Source of the DNA: a virus
Lineage: Duplodnaviria; Caudoviricetes
DNA length: 61,438 nucleotides
Strand: one strand, 5' to 3'
Virus record (IMG/VR): IMGVR_UViG_3300020595_001672
Coordinates: 1 to 61,438 of that record
The first letter of the stretch is position 1; each line of letters starts with the position of its first letter. Below are positions 28,328 to 38,571 of the stretch, piece by piece. The position numbers and the translations under genes are program-made. The notes under the pieces are model-generated. The model saw only the letters and a list, made by a program, of their open reading frames with translations, was not told the origin of the DNA and ran no database searches.

Positions 28328-28518
28328 CCTCGATTCCTATTTGCGTTACGTGCTTTAGCTCGAAGCCACCCTTGGTGTTTTTGATAAGCTTGCCATACCG
28401 GGGCGTCTTGCTTGTATAGGTCTTTTTCGTTAAAGACCTTGCCCTCAAAACGACAGTAGTCACGGAACTTGTCAAGATCGTCAAAGACTTTGCGGATAGT
28501 AGGATTCTCAATGCCCAT
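28324..28518 (-). CDS. Hypothetical protein
   Basis: Coupled ORF. Confidence 0.65.
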   Translation of the reverse strand: MGIENPTIRKVFDDLDKFRDYCRFEGKVFNEKDLYKQDAPVWQAYQKHQGWLRAKARNANRNRG

Positions 28519-28920
28519 TTAGATGTTCTCCAATTTAGCTGGGTAATAAATGCGACAACCATTTTCGTTGTCTTCGCTTACGTTGATAGTGATTGACCGA
28601 CCGGTGTACCGCTCGGAGATTTGGTCGTAAAGGTCATCTGAAATCATTTCACACGACTTGTAATCAAGCTCAAGAGTGCCTTTATTGTAAAGGTTTTCAA
28701 GCCATCGCTGAAACTGAATAAATTCAATATCTCGATCGTTATGGAATACTTCAATTTGAACCTTGAAGTGAAAGATATGACGGTGCGGGTATCCGAGGAA
28801 ACTAACGTCATACTCGTCGCCAGTAGCTAGAAGAGGATCTTCTAATGCTGCTGGATATTTATGGATACCTTCTTTTTGAAAGGTAATCCAGATGTAACGC
28901 TTAGCAAGCATTTTACTCAT
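28519..28920 (-). CDS. QueD/PTPS-like T-fold protein
   Basis: GIH...HRHIFH (three His) and KSCEMI, matching QueD H...HGH...PT.E; own promoter TTGACA-17-TATATT (28952-28980). Confidence 0.65.
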   Translation of the reverse strand: MSKMLAKRYIWITFQKEGIHKYPAALEDPLLATGDEYDVSFLGYPHRHIFHFKVQIEVFHNDRDIEFIQFQRWLENLYNKGTLELDYKSCEMISDDLYDQISERYTGRSITINVSEDNENGCRIYYPAKLENI

Positions 28921-28960
28921 AGTATTTCTCTTTGTTATTTACTATATTATTAATATACTA

Positions 28961-29476
28961 CTACTTGAGCACTTTGTCAAGCTTATATTTTGACCAATCA
29001 GTATGATAATGATGACTAGTAAGATCGTGTAGTGTATGACACCAAACACCAGCATTAGTAGCTTTAAAATCTTTATCGTCAATTTTAATCATAGTGTTGT
29101 AAGGCCATTGCTTAACATGTGGCACGACTACTCTAAACTGCGGAATAAAAGTATGATACTCTACTAGGCTAGTTTCTAGTACTCCGTCTGCTGTAGTAAG
29201 CGGCAAGTCTAGACTACACATTATATCTTTGTCTAAAAAATGTTTAATCATTTTTTCCCAAACATTCCATTGGTGCTCTTTAGGATTAAATGAATGATTA
29301 GCCCCAAAGAAAATGTGTTCACAGTCTTCTTGCTGATAGAATCGCTCAATGAAGTCGATGCTTTGGACACCGACTACAAAGAGTGTTTTCATATCATAAG
29401 CAGGCGTCTTTTCAACTTCGTAACCTGTGAAGAATGTTACGTCGTTCTGTTCGCCAGTCTCATAATCTCTGTTCAT
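28961..29476 (-). CDS. Hypothetical protein in the deazaguanine cluster
   Basis: ATG 29476; HIFFGANHSF, GVWCH. Confidence 0.7.
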   Translation of the reverse strand: MNRDYETGEQNDVTFFTGYEVEKTPAYDMKTLFVVGVQSIDFIERFYQQEDCEHIFFGANHSFNPKEHQWNVWEKMIKHFLDKDIMCSLDLPLTTADGVLETSLVEYHTFIPQFRVVVPHVKQWPYNTMIKIDDKDFKATNAGVWCHTLHDLTSHHYHTDWSKYKLDKVLK

Positions 29477-29868
29477 TTTAAGTTTTTCCACATACTTGAT
29501 GCCATTTGAAATAGAGCGTTTACTTGCTGGCTAGCTGGATTTCTAGCAAATGCTACCCAGCAAATTACTTTTTGATCTTTGTAGTGTTCTTCTACAAACT
29601 CTCGAAAACTTGTACCTGTGGTGTATACGTCGTCTACAATAAGCACAGGATCGTTTGAGTCACCGGTAGCATATTTTTCCATAGCATATTGTAGTGCTAG
29701 CCCGCCTCGGGGAATGCCTACTACTTTAGAGAACGGTCGATTTTCAATTTCAGAGATCATAAGAGCAAGACACTCCCAATCATCTTCAGTAAGCCCGTCG
29801 CACTCGATCTTCCATTTAAGATCAAGTCCTGCGTGTGATACAAAGTCTTCTTTTACAAATATTGTCAT
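29473..29868 (-). CDS. Type I phosphoribosyltransferase (orotate PRT-like, minimal)
   Basis: FVSHAG, GIPRGG, LIVDDVYTTGTS. Confidence 0.85.
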   Translation of the reverse strand: MTIFVKEDFVSHAGLDLKWKIECDGLTEDDWECLALMISEIENRPFSKVVGIPRGGLALQYAMEKYATGDSNDPVLIVDDVYTTGTSFREFVEEHYKDQKVICWVAFARNPASQQVNALFQMASSMWKNLK

Positions 29869-29877
29869 TTTTAACTC

Positions 29878-31332
29878 CTATTGAAAGAACTTGTTAAAGT
29901 TAGCACTAGCGTTGATAGTCTTTTTACCTACAGCGCCTCGAGTGCCAATGATACTCATTAGATATTTACGATGTTTTTCGACTTCTTTAAGAGCTAGCTC
30001 TCGATCGTCAATACTAAAGATTTTTTCTACAACATCTTTAAAGTATAATCGATCAAATGTTTCTTGTACTAGCATCTTAGGCATTACGCCATTACTGTAT
30101 TGTCTATTAGCTTCTTGAACAGCGTTAATGTGACTCCAAACATTGTGCCCCATTTGAATAGCGTAGGAGAAACTATCCCAGCTAGTCTTGCCTTCTTTAC
30201 CGATCTTATTTAGATCACCCGGCGCATAAAAGCATACATCGCTAACACCAAGTCCCTTGCTAAGTGGTGAGTCTGAAAAGTTATCAAAAATGCCGTCTTG
30301 TAGTACAGCATCACGAAACTCACGTGTGTCAGAGGCGTACTTCTTATCGTCTACACTAGGTGACATTCTGTATACCCACTTAGACCGATCTTCAGTTTCA
30401 GTTTGTGTATAAATTTGACCGTTAGCAGTAGCAAGAAACGGCGAAGCGCAGTCGAACGTAACAGTAAAGTTTTCGTTGTGATACTTGCGAACAGCTCTTT
30501 GTACGTCAGTGAGCAGTACCGCCCATTCTAGTTTACTAGTACCCAAGAAGTGCATCACGTCATGAATGCCTTTTTCTAGCAAACCGTCAAAACGTAGTGT
30601 AACAAGACGCTTGATAGCAAGCTCGATATCGCACATATTCTGACCACCCATAGCCCACCCGTTAAAGTGTGTATCGGGATAAATGGAAGGATCGCAGTAA
30701 TCTTTCATTTGTTCGTACCAGTCGTCAGCTTGTTCAAAGTTTTCGCCCTGTAGTACGTTCAAAAACTTACAAGCACCAGTACGATGCTTTTGCCAGTAGT
30801 CGTTGTTAATGCGTGTAGCATCTACTGCTTCTTGATATGTACTAACACCAGTAGCACGTTGGCCAGCCTCGGAACGTGACACCCAAGCCGGAATATCAAG
30901 GATCATACCATAATCCATGTAAGCATCCATCCAACGAAGAACACCGTCACGTTTTTTGTGTGCTTTAGGACAATTAGGATCTTTCCAATCGCCTTCCCAA
31001 ACACCTTTACCGATTTGGAAACCACCCGAGTCGCCAAGTACCCAGGTGTTTTCTCTATCACGGTTTCGAACCATGTCTTCTTTCGGTGACTCTCTGTTCA
31101 CGTCAAGATCTGCGTGTCCGGCCGAGTACAACGTCCACTTATACTGAAACTGTCCTTTATCTTTGTTAAGATAGTTAAGGCTCTCAACACCGTTTTTAAA
31201 GTTCGACGGTATTCGATCAACTGCGACATACTCGTTGAAACGTTGCTTGCCTACGTAAGTGGCATAAAAGCCACTCAGCGCAGGTAAGAATATAGCGTAA
31301 TCGTTTTGTGCTTCAGTTAAGTTTGTATTCAT
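29878..31332 (-). CDS. TGT-family transglycosylase (DpdA-like)
   Basis: DSGGFQ, ILDIP, VLQG, GWAMGG, HFLG, FDCASP. Confidence 0.85.
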   Translation of the reverse strand: MNTNLTEAQNDYAIFLPALSGFYATYVGKQRFNEYVAVDRIPSNFKNGVESLNYLNKDKGQFQYKWTLYSAGHADLDVNRESPKEDMVRNRDRENTWVLGDSGGFQIGKGVWEGDWKDPNCPKAHKKRDGVLRWMDAYMDYGMILDIPAWVSRSEAGQRATGVSTYQEAVDATRINNDYWQKHRTGACKFLNVLQGENFEQADDWYEQMKDYCDPSIYPDTHFNGWAMGGQNMCDIELAIKRLVTLRFDGLLEKGIHDVMHFLGTSKLEWAVLLTDVQRAVRKYHNENFTVTFDCASPFLATANGQIYTQTETEDRSKWVYRMSPSVDDKKYASDTREFRDAVLQDGIFDNFSDSPLSKGLGVSDVCFYAPGDLNKIGKEGKTSWDSFSYAIQMGHNVWSHINAVQEANRQYSNGVMPKMLVQETFDRLYFKDVVEKIFSIDDRELALKEVEKHRKYLMSIIGTRGAVGKKTINASANFNKFFQ

Positions 31333-32060
31333 TATTTAGACTGCGCTGGCAAGATGTAATCGTAAGTAGTAAGTCCGCTATCAACAGTAATCTTCATAGC
31401 GCCTTGGTCAGAAATGCTCATAGTAACATCGCCGCTAAGGTTAAGAATGCTCTGTACTTGGTTAACAGGATAGAACCAAGAGTGGCCAAGTGTACCAGAT
31501 ACACCTGCTTGGAATACAAACTCACCTGCGTGTGAACTTTGATCACCAAACGAGAACATCAAGTTACCGTTATCAGTAGAAACTTTAAAGATAGGCTCTT
31601 CAGAGTGCGCAGCGCTCATAAGCTTTAGACGACTAATGCTTGCTAGGCTAGGCTCGAATACAACATTCCATGTTGCGCCAGTAAACGTAGCAGTCTTAAG
31701 TTTCTCTTCGATAATTGCTTTGTTCATAAAGCGATAATCGTTTTGGAAATCACCTGCTGAATTTTCAAAGTGAATGTGCGTAGGAATAGTTTCGCCGTTG
31801 CGATTGTCTTGAATCACGTCAATTTTAGCATTTTCTCTGTACTCTGGGTTCTTTAAGTGTAGAGAAAGTTTGTCTAAGTTTGGCATACCGAACGTATCAG
31901 TAAACTCAGCAACGGGATTGTGAGTAGTAGCAGTAAGAACAACACTGCGATCTTCTGCCATCGAATCGATCTTCGTACCGTTATCACTGCCTACTTTCAC
32001 GATAGAAAGGAAGCCAAGGGCGTGAGTGTGCGCTACGATATCTTGTAGAATGTCTTTCAT
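31332..32060 (-). CDS. Sliding clamp (gp45-like)
   Basis: 242 aa, two-domain beta-rich pattern, C-terminal YDYILPA, near the polymerase; promoter TTGACA-17-TATTAT (32085-32113). Confidence 0.7.
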   Translation of the reverse strand: MKDILQDIVAHTHALGFLSIVKVGSDNGTKIDSMAEDRSVVLTATTHNPVAEFTDTFGMPNLDKLSLHLKNPEYRENAKIDVIQDNRNGETIPTHIHFENSAGDFQNDYRFMNKAIIEEKLKTATFTGATWNVVFEPSLASISRLKLMSAAHSEEPIFKVSTDNGNLMFSFGDQSSHAGEFVFQAGVSGTLGHSWFYPVNQVQSILNLSGDVTMSISDQGAMKITVDSGLTTYDYILPAQSK

Positions 32061-32116
32061 TTTATATCTCCAATATATAACATTATAATAGTATAAATCT
32101 GTTTAGTTGTCAACAA

Positions 32117-32557
32117 TTATTTAGGCTTTTGATTAGGTTTATTGACATTTTCTTCATTTACAACACGATCTCGCAATCCTGATGATGAAAAACGATGGTC
32201 ACGTTTGTTATAGTACAGCTCAATACCACGTTTAGCACAAATAGCTCTGCCTGTAAACGTTTGGTCTCTGTACTCTTCACCAAGAATGCGAACATTGATA
32301 TTAAACATATTTAAAATATCTTCTAAGTCTTGCTCATCTTGGTACGTAACGATCTCGTCAACATACTCAATAGCAGATAGTTGAACATAACGCTCAACTA
32401 GCGTTTGGATTGGCTTATTTTTATCAGGTCGATCAATACTCGGATCTGTCTGTAAGCCAACAATCAGGTAATCGCACTGTGACTTTGCCTCACGTAGCAT
32501 CATTACATGTCCTGCGTGAAGTAGATCAAATGTAGATGCGGTAAATCCTACCTTCAT
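32117..32557 (-). CDS. Cytidylyltransferase (TagD/RfaE-like)
   Basis: FDLLHAGH, LIVG, YVDE, FSSSGLR. Confidence 0.88.
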   Translation of the reverse strand: MKVGFTASTFDLLHAGHVMMLREAKSQCDYLIVGLQTDPSIDRPDKNKPIQTLVERYVQLSAIEYVDEIVTYQDEQDLEDILNMFNINVRILGEEYRDQTFTGRAICAKRGIELYYNKRDHRFSSSGLRDRVVNEENVNKPNQKPK

Positions 32558-33006
32558 GTTGCCTCTTTCGTTGGTGTTATAGTGATGTCTTTAACTCTAT
32601 GAGGCTGATTAAGGACCCAATCTATTACAGACACACAATATTCGATGCTCATTTTGTTTTCGTCTACATGAGCAACCCTTGGGCTATCAAAATAGCCAAA
32701 ATTAACGCAGCAAGTATCGTAACCGTTGTCAAACAATTGACTGTTAGCATCTCTTAATGCTTTTTTATGTACACTGTAATCATATACAGCTTGATAAGGA
32801 TGAAAAATCCAATCACTAGCATAAGAGCCTATGTTAATGACACGTTTGCCTAGTTCAACAGCTTTGTACAGTAGATCAACTTGGGTGAATGCGTCGTGCT
32901 TACAGTTAATAAACACGTCGCATTCTTCTAAGCTACTACAGTTGCCGTATTTGTCAGCTAACGCTTTGCCAAGTCCACGTCTGGCACCAGTAATATAGTA
33001 CTTCAA
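32554..33006 (-). CDS. Minimal short-chain dehydrogenase/reductase-like protein
   Basis: ITGARRGLG, INIGS, YSVHK; TTG 33006 just after the polymerase stop. Confidence 0.7.
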   Translation of the reverse strand: MKYYITGARRGLGKALADKYGNCSSLEECDVFINCKHDAFTQVDLLYKAVELGKRVINIGSYASDWIFHPYQAVYDYSVHKKALRDANSQLFDNGYDTCCVNFGYFDSPRVAHVDENKMSIEYCVSVIDWVLNQPHRVKDITITPTKEAT

Positions 33007-33007
33007 C

Positions 33008-35698
33008 TTAGTCTCCAAAGTTAAACAGATTGTTAAACGTATTAGTTTGCTTTGTATCTTGTAAAGGATAGTTAAGCACACCGATAAGGTTATCAATCTT
33101 GTTATCAATAATAGTTTCTGCCATTGCTTTTTCATCAAACGGCAGTTCGGTAAACCACCCGGGCAAGCGAAGCTCGTCAGTCGGGTAACCAATACTTGTA
33201 TAACCTAGCGGATTAGGCTTTAGCTTACACACAATAGTCTTCATACCGTCAACAATATCTTGTGAATACTTGTCACCGTGTACTCGTTTCAGTGTGTTCC
33301 AGTTTAGAGCTGCTCTAACGTGCCCGGGCATGTTTGCTTTACCTTGCTTTTCTTCAAGTGTTCTAAACTTATTTAGGTTATTCACACGCTTAGGTGTACC
33401 TTTTTCCCATGCTGGGCGTGACTCGAAGTCTTTTCTAAACGCAATGATAGAATCAATAATTTCTTGCTGTTCAGCACCTTCAAGTACTCGAGTCAAGATC
33501 TTCAGCAAGAATTCCTGCATATAAGGCGGAGTGTCAGCACGACGTAGATCCAATCCCATGGCTTTTACTTTGCCAGTTTTGCCGTCAACGTCTTTTCTGT
33601 TACCTTCATCGTCAATTACCAATGCTGCGTAACGCTTCTTAGTAATGTACAATCCGCTTTCTGCTACAATCTCTCGCCCAGCAGCAATAACGTCACTGCG
33701 TGAGCCGGGGCAATGGAACGCATCTAACATAAAGCTACCGAACGTTGAGTTTACTTGTTCAGCAATCTGATTGTACAGTGTAATTACGTTATCTTTACTC
33801 CAGGGGATTGTGCCTGCTTGGATTTCTTTTTCAAGTACAGGATAAGCTGAGAAGTAAACCGAGTCAGTATCGCCGTAAATTACAGTTTCGCCAACATGGT
33901 CATATTCGCCCGTAGTTACCTTATTCACCTCAGCACTCATATGCTTTACAATTTGACGGCCTGTAAGCGTAGTTGATTGACCGATGCGTTTATCAAAGAA
34001 CCTACAGCCGGGATTAAGAATAGCACCGTACAGTGAGTTAAGATTAATCTTCTTAACCAACTGTCGCTTGTCCCAGTATTCAATAGCGTCTTTGTCGCCT
34101 GCTTTAATAGCTTCTTTAAGCTTAGCTTGAAGCTCTTTACGCTCGGCGTACCAACGCTTAAGAATACCCGGAATAACAGCTTCAAACTCGTGTGTAAAGA
34201 TTGTACCGTTAGCACTAAGCATCCAAGGCATATTACTGTCAAAGACCAGCTTGTGTACTTCTGCTGCACTTAGTACATCCGAAGACCCGTCTTCCCAGTC
34301 TACAGTGACCATAAAGTCCTTGCGTTGTTCCATCACAGCTTCGTACTCTAACGAACCGAAGTGCCCTTCCCAAGCAGCAGCGAAGCTTTTCTTCTTTAGC
34401 GTAGTAGCTTCATGAATCATAGCATCTGTTTGCTCAGGCCGAAGCTGTCCGACAATACTTTCAGGCGCCATATTAAGTGATCTAATCACACTTGGATACA
34501 GCGAGTTCAAATCCATAGAACCGACCCACTTGTGTAAGCCCTTCTTTGGGTACGCAACATACGCACCAGCGGCGCCTGTAGTTTCGTGTTCTTTTCTGTT
34601 CGGCACCTGCATACCACGACGGTGCGCTTCGTTAACAATAGCTTGCTCTGTCACTGCTACTGCGCCCATAGTAGTTTGTAGTAGCACAGTGTTAGCGTGA
34701 GCAAGTTCGTTAGCAAGATCAATAAAACGTAGTTTCTTATCAAGTTTATCTAACAACGCAACGTCTTGTCGGTTGTATTCAATAAACTTTTCAAAGTCTT
34801 CGTTGTATAGTTGATCAAGTGTACCTTCGTATACTGTTTTGTTTTCGCCTACTTCGTATTCGCCAATAGCATCTAGTTTGTACGAATGTCGTTCTTCATA
34901 CGTGTACTTGCGATACAAGTTTAGATAGTCCATATGTACACGACCGATAGTGTCATACGTTTCGCTAAGTTTACCGAACTTTTCGTATTCACGACGCTTT
35001 GGCTTTTGATCCCAAAGACAGAATCTACGTGTGTCGTCTGCGCTAAGAACACGCTTAATACGATTAACAGTGTATGGAACATCATAACCCTCTGAGTTCC
35101 AACCACTGTGTACGTCAGCGTCTTCGATCAAATCCAAGAACATTTCAAGCATAGCACGCTCGCCGTTGCCTTGTTTGTCATTGTCAAACAGAATAACACT
35201 GCCGTCTGGCCAACGCTTGTTACACATTTCTTGTGCTTGTTCAAGTGAAAGGCCTTTTGGCGGAACAGCAACAGTTACAAGTGCGTCAGCCCATTGTAGA
35301 TATACCGTAATAGCTGTGATGGGCATGAACGGATTGTCAACTGGCGCAAATCCTCTTTCTGGATCAAAGTCCGTCTCAATATCCCAAAATGCTACGTTTA
35401 GTTTAGGTGAATCTTTACCAAGGTACTGTTCACTTAGACATTGGAAGATTGGGTTAGTATCACTTTCGAACAGTTTTCGATGTCGGTTAATTGAGATTTC
35501 TTTTTTAAACTCTTTAGTGTTCTTACACACAATACGAGTTAGGGGTTCTCCGTAAGTACTCTTGTACTTACCTTTCGGGTCAGCATAGTAGAAAGTGTAT
35601 TTGGCTTGGACATCTTTAAATACTCGCTTGCCGTTTACACGTTCTACAATGCGAATAGTATCAGCTTCGCGATCGAAGAATGCATCAACATACGACAT
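33008..35698 (-). CDS. Family B DNA polymerase (gp43-like)
   Basis: DIET exonuclease I; DLNSLYPS, KINLNSLYG, YGDTDS, KKRY. Confidence 0.97.
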   Translation of the reverse strand: MSYVDAFFDREADTIRIVERVNGKRVFKDVQAKYTFYYADPKGKYKSTYGEPLTRIVCKNTKEFKKEISINRHRKLFESDTNPIFQCLSEQYLGKDSPKLNVAFWDIETDFDPERGFAPVDNPFMPITAITVYLQWADALVTVAVPPKGLSLEQAQEMCNKRWPDGSVILFDNDKQGNGERAMLEMFLDLIEDADVHSGWNSEGYDVPYTVNRIKRVLSADDTRRFCLWDQKPKRREYEKFGKLSETYDTIGRVHMDYLNLYRKYTYEERHSYKLDAIGEYEVGENKTVYEGTLDQLYNEDFEKFIEYNRQDVALLDKLDKKLRFIDLANELAHANTVLLQTTMGAVAVTEQAIVNEAHRRGMQVPNRKEHETTGAAGAYVAYPKKGLHKWVGSMDLNSLYPSVIRSLNMAPESIVGQLRPEQTDAMIHEATTLKKKSFAAAWEGHFGSLEYEAVMEQRKDFMVTVDWEDGSSDVLSAAEVHKLVFDSNMPWMLSANGTIFTHEFEAVIPGILKRWYAERKELQAKLKEAIKAGDKDAIEYWDKRQLVKKINLNSLYGAILNPGCRFFDKRIGQSTTLTGRQIVKHMSAEVNKVTTGEYDHVGETVIYGDTDSVYFSAYPVLEKEIQAGTIPWSKDNVITLYNQIAEQVNSTFGSFMLDAFHCPGSRSDVIAAGREIVAESGLYITKKRYAALVIDDEGNRKDVDGKTGKVKAMGLDLRRADTPPYMQEFLLKILTRVLEGAEQQEIIDSIIAFRKDFESRPAWEKGTPKRVNNLNKFRTLEEKQGKANMPGHVRAALNWNTLKRVHGDKYSQDIVDGMKTIVCKLKPNPLGYTSIGYPTDELRLPGWFTELPFDEKAMAETIIDNKIDNLIGVLNYPLQDTKQTNTFNNLFNFGD

Positions 35699-35701
35699 AT
35701 A

Positions 35702-35962
35702 TTATTTGTCCACTCCTACAGTAGTTACAATAGTTTCGAGATCTTCAAACTCGTCTTGATGCTTATCCCAGTCACGCTTAAATGCTACACGAATTGCTTT
35801 GTTAATTAGTGCAGGTTTAACGTCAAGTTCTTCTGCGATTGCTTTTACTGTATCTTTAAGACCTGCTTGTAGGTCTTCTACTTCTTGAAGAACTGTTACG
35901 CCTTCTTGTACAATACGCTCAAGCTTGCCTTTTTCGTCAGTTCCGTAGACTCTATCACTCAT
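35702..35962 (-). CDS. T4 DsbA-like dsDNA-binding protein
   Basis: 86-aa helical protein LKDTVKAIAEELDVKPALINKAIRVAFK; promoter TTGACT-17-TATAAT (35987-36015). Confidence 0.55.
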   Translation of the reverse strand: MSDRVYGTDEKGKLERIVQEGVTVLQEVEDLQAGLKDTVKAIAEELDVKPALINKAIRVAFKRDWDKHQDEFEDLETIVTTVGVDK

Positions 35963-36018
35963 AAATATACTCCTAAATTATATGTAATTATAGTTTATAA
36001 TGACACGGAAGTCAAGTG

Positions 36019-36627
36019 TTATTTTACAAAGGCACCGATTCTGCCGTGTACATCTGGGTATTGTATATATCTATATCCCTCAGGCGGTGTAGTATTCTCG
36101 CCTTCCCAGACTGGGATAAATTCTTCAGTAGCGTAGTCAAAGTCTTCGTTTCTACGAAAGTGTACTTCGATTAGTTTGCCGTTGATGTATTCACAATTAA
36201 GATATTCTTCGTTAAACTGTGTTAGTATATCAGGTAATGGAAATTCATCATCGACACGATGCCATTTTGTCCACTGTGTAAACGTGTTATCTGGTTTAGT
36301 GCCTTCGACTGCTAACACTTGTACGCCGTGTTTGTAGTCTACGCTTACGTGCCTGCCTTCGAACCATTCGCACCAAAAGAAGCCAATTGGTAAGTGTGTT
36401 GTATCTTGTTCTAAGTACTCTTTAGTAGCACCTAGGCCTAATCCAAGTGCGTTAACACAAGGACGTACAATATAATAACCCGGAGCAGGAACATCTATTC
36501 CTGTAGGCCCGCATGTATAACCTAATTTTCTTGAAAGTATAAGTTTGTCAAATACCCATAAATGATCCGCACTAGTGCGCTGCCACACAAAGTCTTCTTC
36601 AGTGTCGTCTAGTATAGGGTTTTTCAT
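36019..36627 (-). CDS. Putative ATP-grasp-fold protein
   Basis: DK, YIVRP..GLG, CEWFEG.HVSVD, NCEY...IEVHFR. Confidence 0.5.
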   Translation of the reverse strand: MKNPILDDTEEDFVWQRTSADHLWVFDKLILSRKLGYTCGPTGIDVPAPGYYIVRPCVNALGLGLGATKEYLEQDTTHLPIGFFWCEWFEGRHVSVDYKHGVQVLAVEGTKPDNTFTQWTKWHRVDDEFPLPDILTQFNEEYLNCEYINGKLIEVHFRRNEDFDYATEEFIPVWEGENTTPPEGYRYIQYPDVHGRIGAFVK

Positions 36628-37067
36628 TAATCCTTGCGTAAGGCTCGAATCATGTCGTGTAGCCTACCGCGATATTTTGGGCTTATTAGTAGCGTACTAA
36701 ACAGCTCTACATACGGCTTTAGGGCTAGTTGCTGCTCGTCGCTTAGCTCGTTGCCTTGCGTCGCAAGCGCTAACGCTTGAGCAGCTTGTATGTGACTTGG
36801 AGTTTCGTCGCCTAAGTTGGTTTGTCTTAACGCACTTACGTAATCACGAGTACTGTATTCTTCAGCGACGATCTTGTTTTTCATAAGATCGTCATGATTC
36901 TTTTCAGCATAGTCTTTTGCTTTTTTAGCAGAATAAAACACTTTTACAATATCTCCGGCTTCGTTGTATACAGCCCAGAAGTTTTTGCCGTTGTCGTCTT
37001 TATCTTTAACAACATGATTGTTAGTATCGTGACCGTATTTTTTATCAAAAACTTCTCTTAAATGCAT
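36627..37067 (-). CDS. Putative internal head protein
   Basis: MHLRE start; last gene of the late array. Confidence 0.5.
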   Translation of the reverse strand: MHLREVFDKKYGHDTNNHVVKDKDDNGKNFWAVYNEAGDIVKVFYSAKKAKDYAEKNHDDLMKNKIVAEEYSTRDYVSALRQTNLGDETPSHIQAAQALALATQGNELSDEQQLALKPYVELFSTLLISPKYRGRLHDMIRALRKD

Positions 37068-37069
37068 TG

Positions 37070-38545
37070 CTAGATCTTTTTACACTTGTTTACACGCTTG
37101 CCTTTATTACGACCAGTGCCCGGCTTTGTTCCTACTTTTTTGTGTCCCGGCCAACACTTTTCTGGTACCTTAGCTTCGTCTGTTTTGTTTTTTTTAGCGT
37201 CCTTAGCAGCCTTCTTCATTGGCTCTTCTTTATCACCGTCGCCGTCTAGATCAGCAAAGTCTGGCTTTGCTGCTTCGCCGATGCCTGCTGCTTGACTATG
37301 GTCGCCAAACGCTAGATCGTCGTGTGCTTCGGAGTAAGCATGTAGCATAGCAATAAGTGACTTATAAGTACCACTGTTAGCATCTAGTAAACGAGCAGCT
37401 TGATCTGGCTCGCCACGGTCTAATAATTGTACTACATTAGTTAAGCGATCTTTGATGCGTTGTTCGAGTTGATCCATACGATATACGCCCATGCCTTTTA
37501 CTAATACTTCAGAGCGAGTGGGATCTTCGTCGTGGTGTGTAATTTCGCCATACTGTCCTTCGGCAATAATCTTACGCTCGAAGTCTGCTTTTAGTACAAC
37601 TAGGTCTTTCTGGTGCATTTCTGCTAATTCAAATGCCTTTGGACTCATATTAGCACGACCAATTTTGCCTTCTTGGAAAAGGATAGCTTTATTAAGTTGA
37701 CTTAGCATAGCTTCGTTAGCAGACTTTTTCTTCTTGTCTTTTAGTGCTTTCTTCATTGGCTCTTTTTTATCACCGTCACCGTCAAAATCTAAGTAATCAG
37801 GCTTCTTGCCTTCTTCTACATTGTTTTTAGCTTTTTGTGCTTGGTCAGTGCCAATTACTAGTATGCTGCCAAAAATACCGACCATAAGAACTTTAAGTAA
37901 CTCTTCTTCTTGTATTTTATTTCTAAGCTTGCTGAGGTCTCTAATCATTTTATCAGTGTCTCTACGTAGTATTTTTAGGTCTTGAGCACTATGACCGCTG
38001 GTGTTAGAAACAGACCGCCCTCGGTCAACAGCTCTATCAACTAGCTCTTCTACGCCCTCAAAGCTAATGCCTGCCTTGCTGAGAATTCTTTTAACTTTTT
38101 GTGTGTTATTAGCCATTTCGACTTGTAAAGCAGCAGCACTTTTGTATGCTTGAGCAGCCTTGCCGCTAAGTTGAGCGGTCTTAATACCGTGGTCAGCAGC
38201 TTTAGCAACGTTGTTAGTGGTCTGCCAGACATCTGTGACGACGTCCTTGGCTGCCTTGGCTAATCTTAACGGATTCTCTTCTAGCTGTTCAGACTCGTTT
38301 ACGTTTACATCGTAATCCATACTGTGATACACAGAACCCAAGTAGTCAGCAGCTTTAGTAATCTTGCTTTGCTGCCATCCTTCGATGCCTTCTGCTTCAC
38401 TTACGCTTTTAAGCATATCGTGCAGTTCGATAGCATACTTTGCTATTTTGTAAAGATCACTGCGTGCCATTTGTACTTCGTGATCCATTTCTGCTTTATA
38501 AGCCATGTCACCTAGGTGACCTTCTTGAACTTTTTTACGAGCCAT
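37070..38545 (-). CDS. Modular putative internal head/core polyprotein
   Basis: Two KPD..D.DGDGDK.EPMKKA modules, one hydrophobic module, terminal CWPGHKKVGTK...C; modules bounded by xxE; late promoter 38569-38576. Confidence 0.6.
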   Translation of the reverse strand: MARKKVQEGHLGDMAYKAEMDHEVQMARSDLYKIAKYAIELHDMLKSVSEAEGIEGWQQSKITKAADYLGSVYHSMDYDVNVNESEQLEENPLRLAKAAKDVVTDVWQTTNNVAKAADHGIKTAQLSGKAAQAYKSAAALQVEMANNTQKVKRILSKAGISFEGVEELVDRAVDRGRSVSNTSGHSAQDLKILRRDTDKMIRDLSKLRNKIQEEELLKVLMVGIFGSILVIGTDQAQKAKNNVEEGKKPDYLDFDGDGDKKEPMKKALKDKKKKSANEAMLSQLNKAILFQEGKIGRANMSPKAFELAEMHQKDLVVLKADFERKIIAEGQYGEITHHDEDPTRSEVLVKGMGVYRMDQLEQRIKDRLTNVVQLLDRGEPDQAARLLDANSGTYKSLIAMLHAYSEAHDDLAFGDHSQAAGIGEAAKPDFADLDGDGDKEEPMKKAAKDAKKNKTDEAKVPEKCWPGHKKVGTKPGTGRNKGKRVNKCKKI

Positions 38546-38571
38546 TGGTAATTCCTTAATTGTTACTGTAT

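Noticed and set aside
33008-35698. Intein or intron in the DNA polymerase (also checked in thyA and clpA)
   Set aside because: Normal lengths and contiguous motifs.
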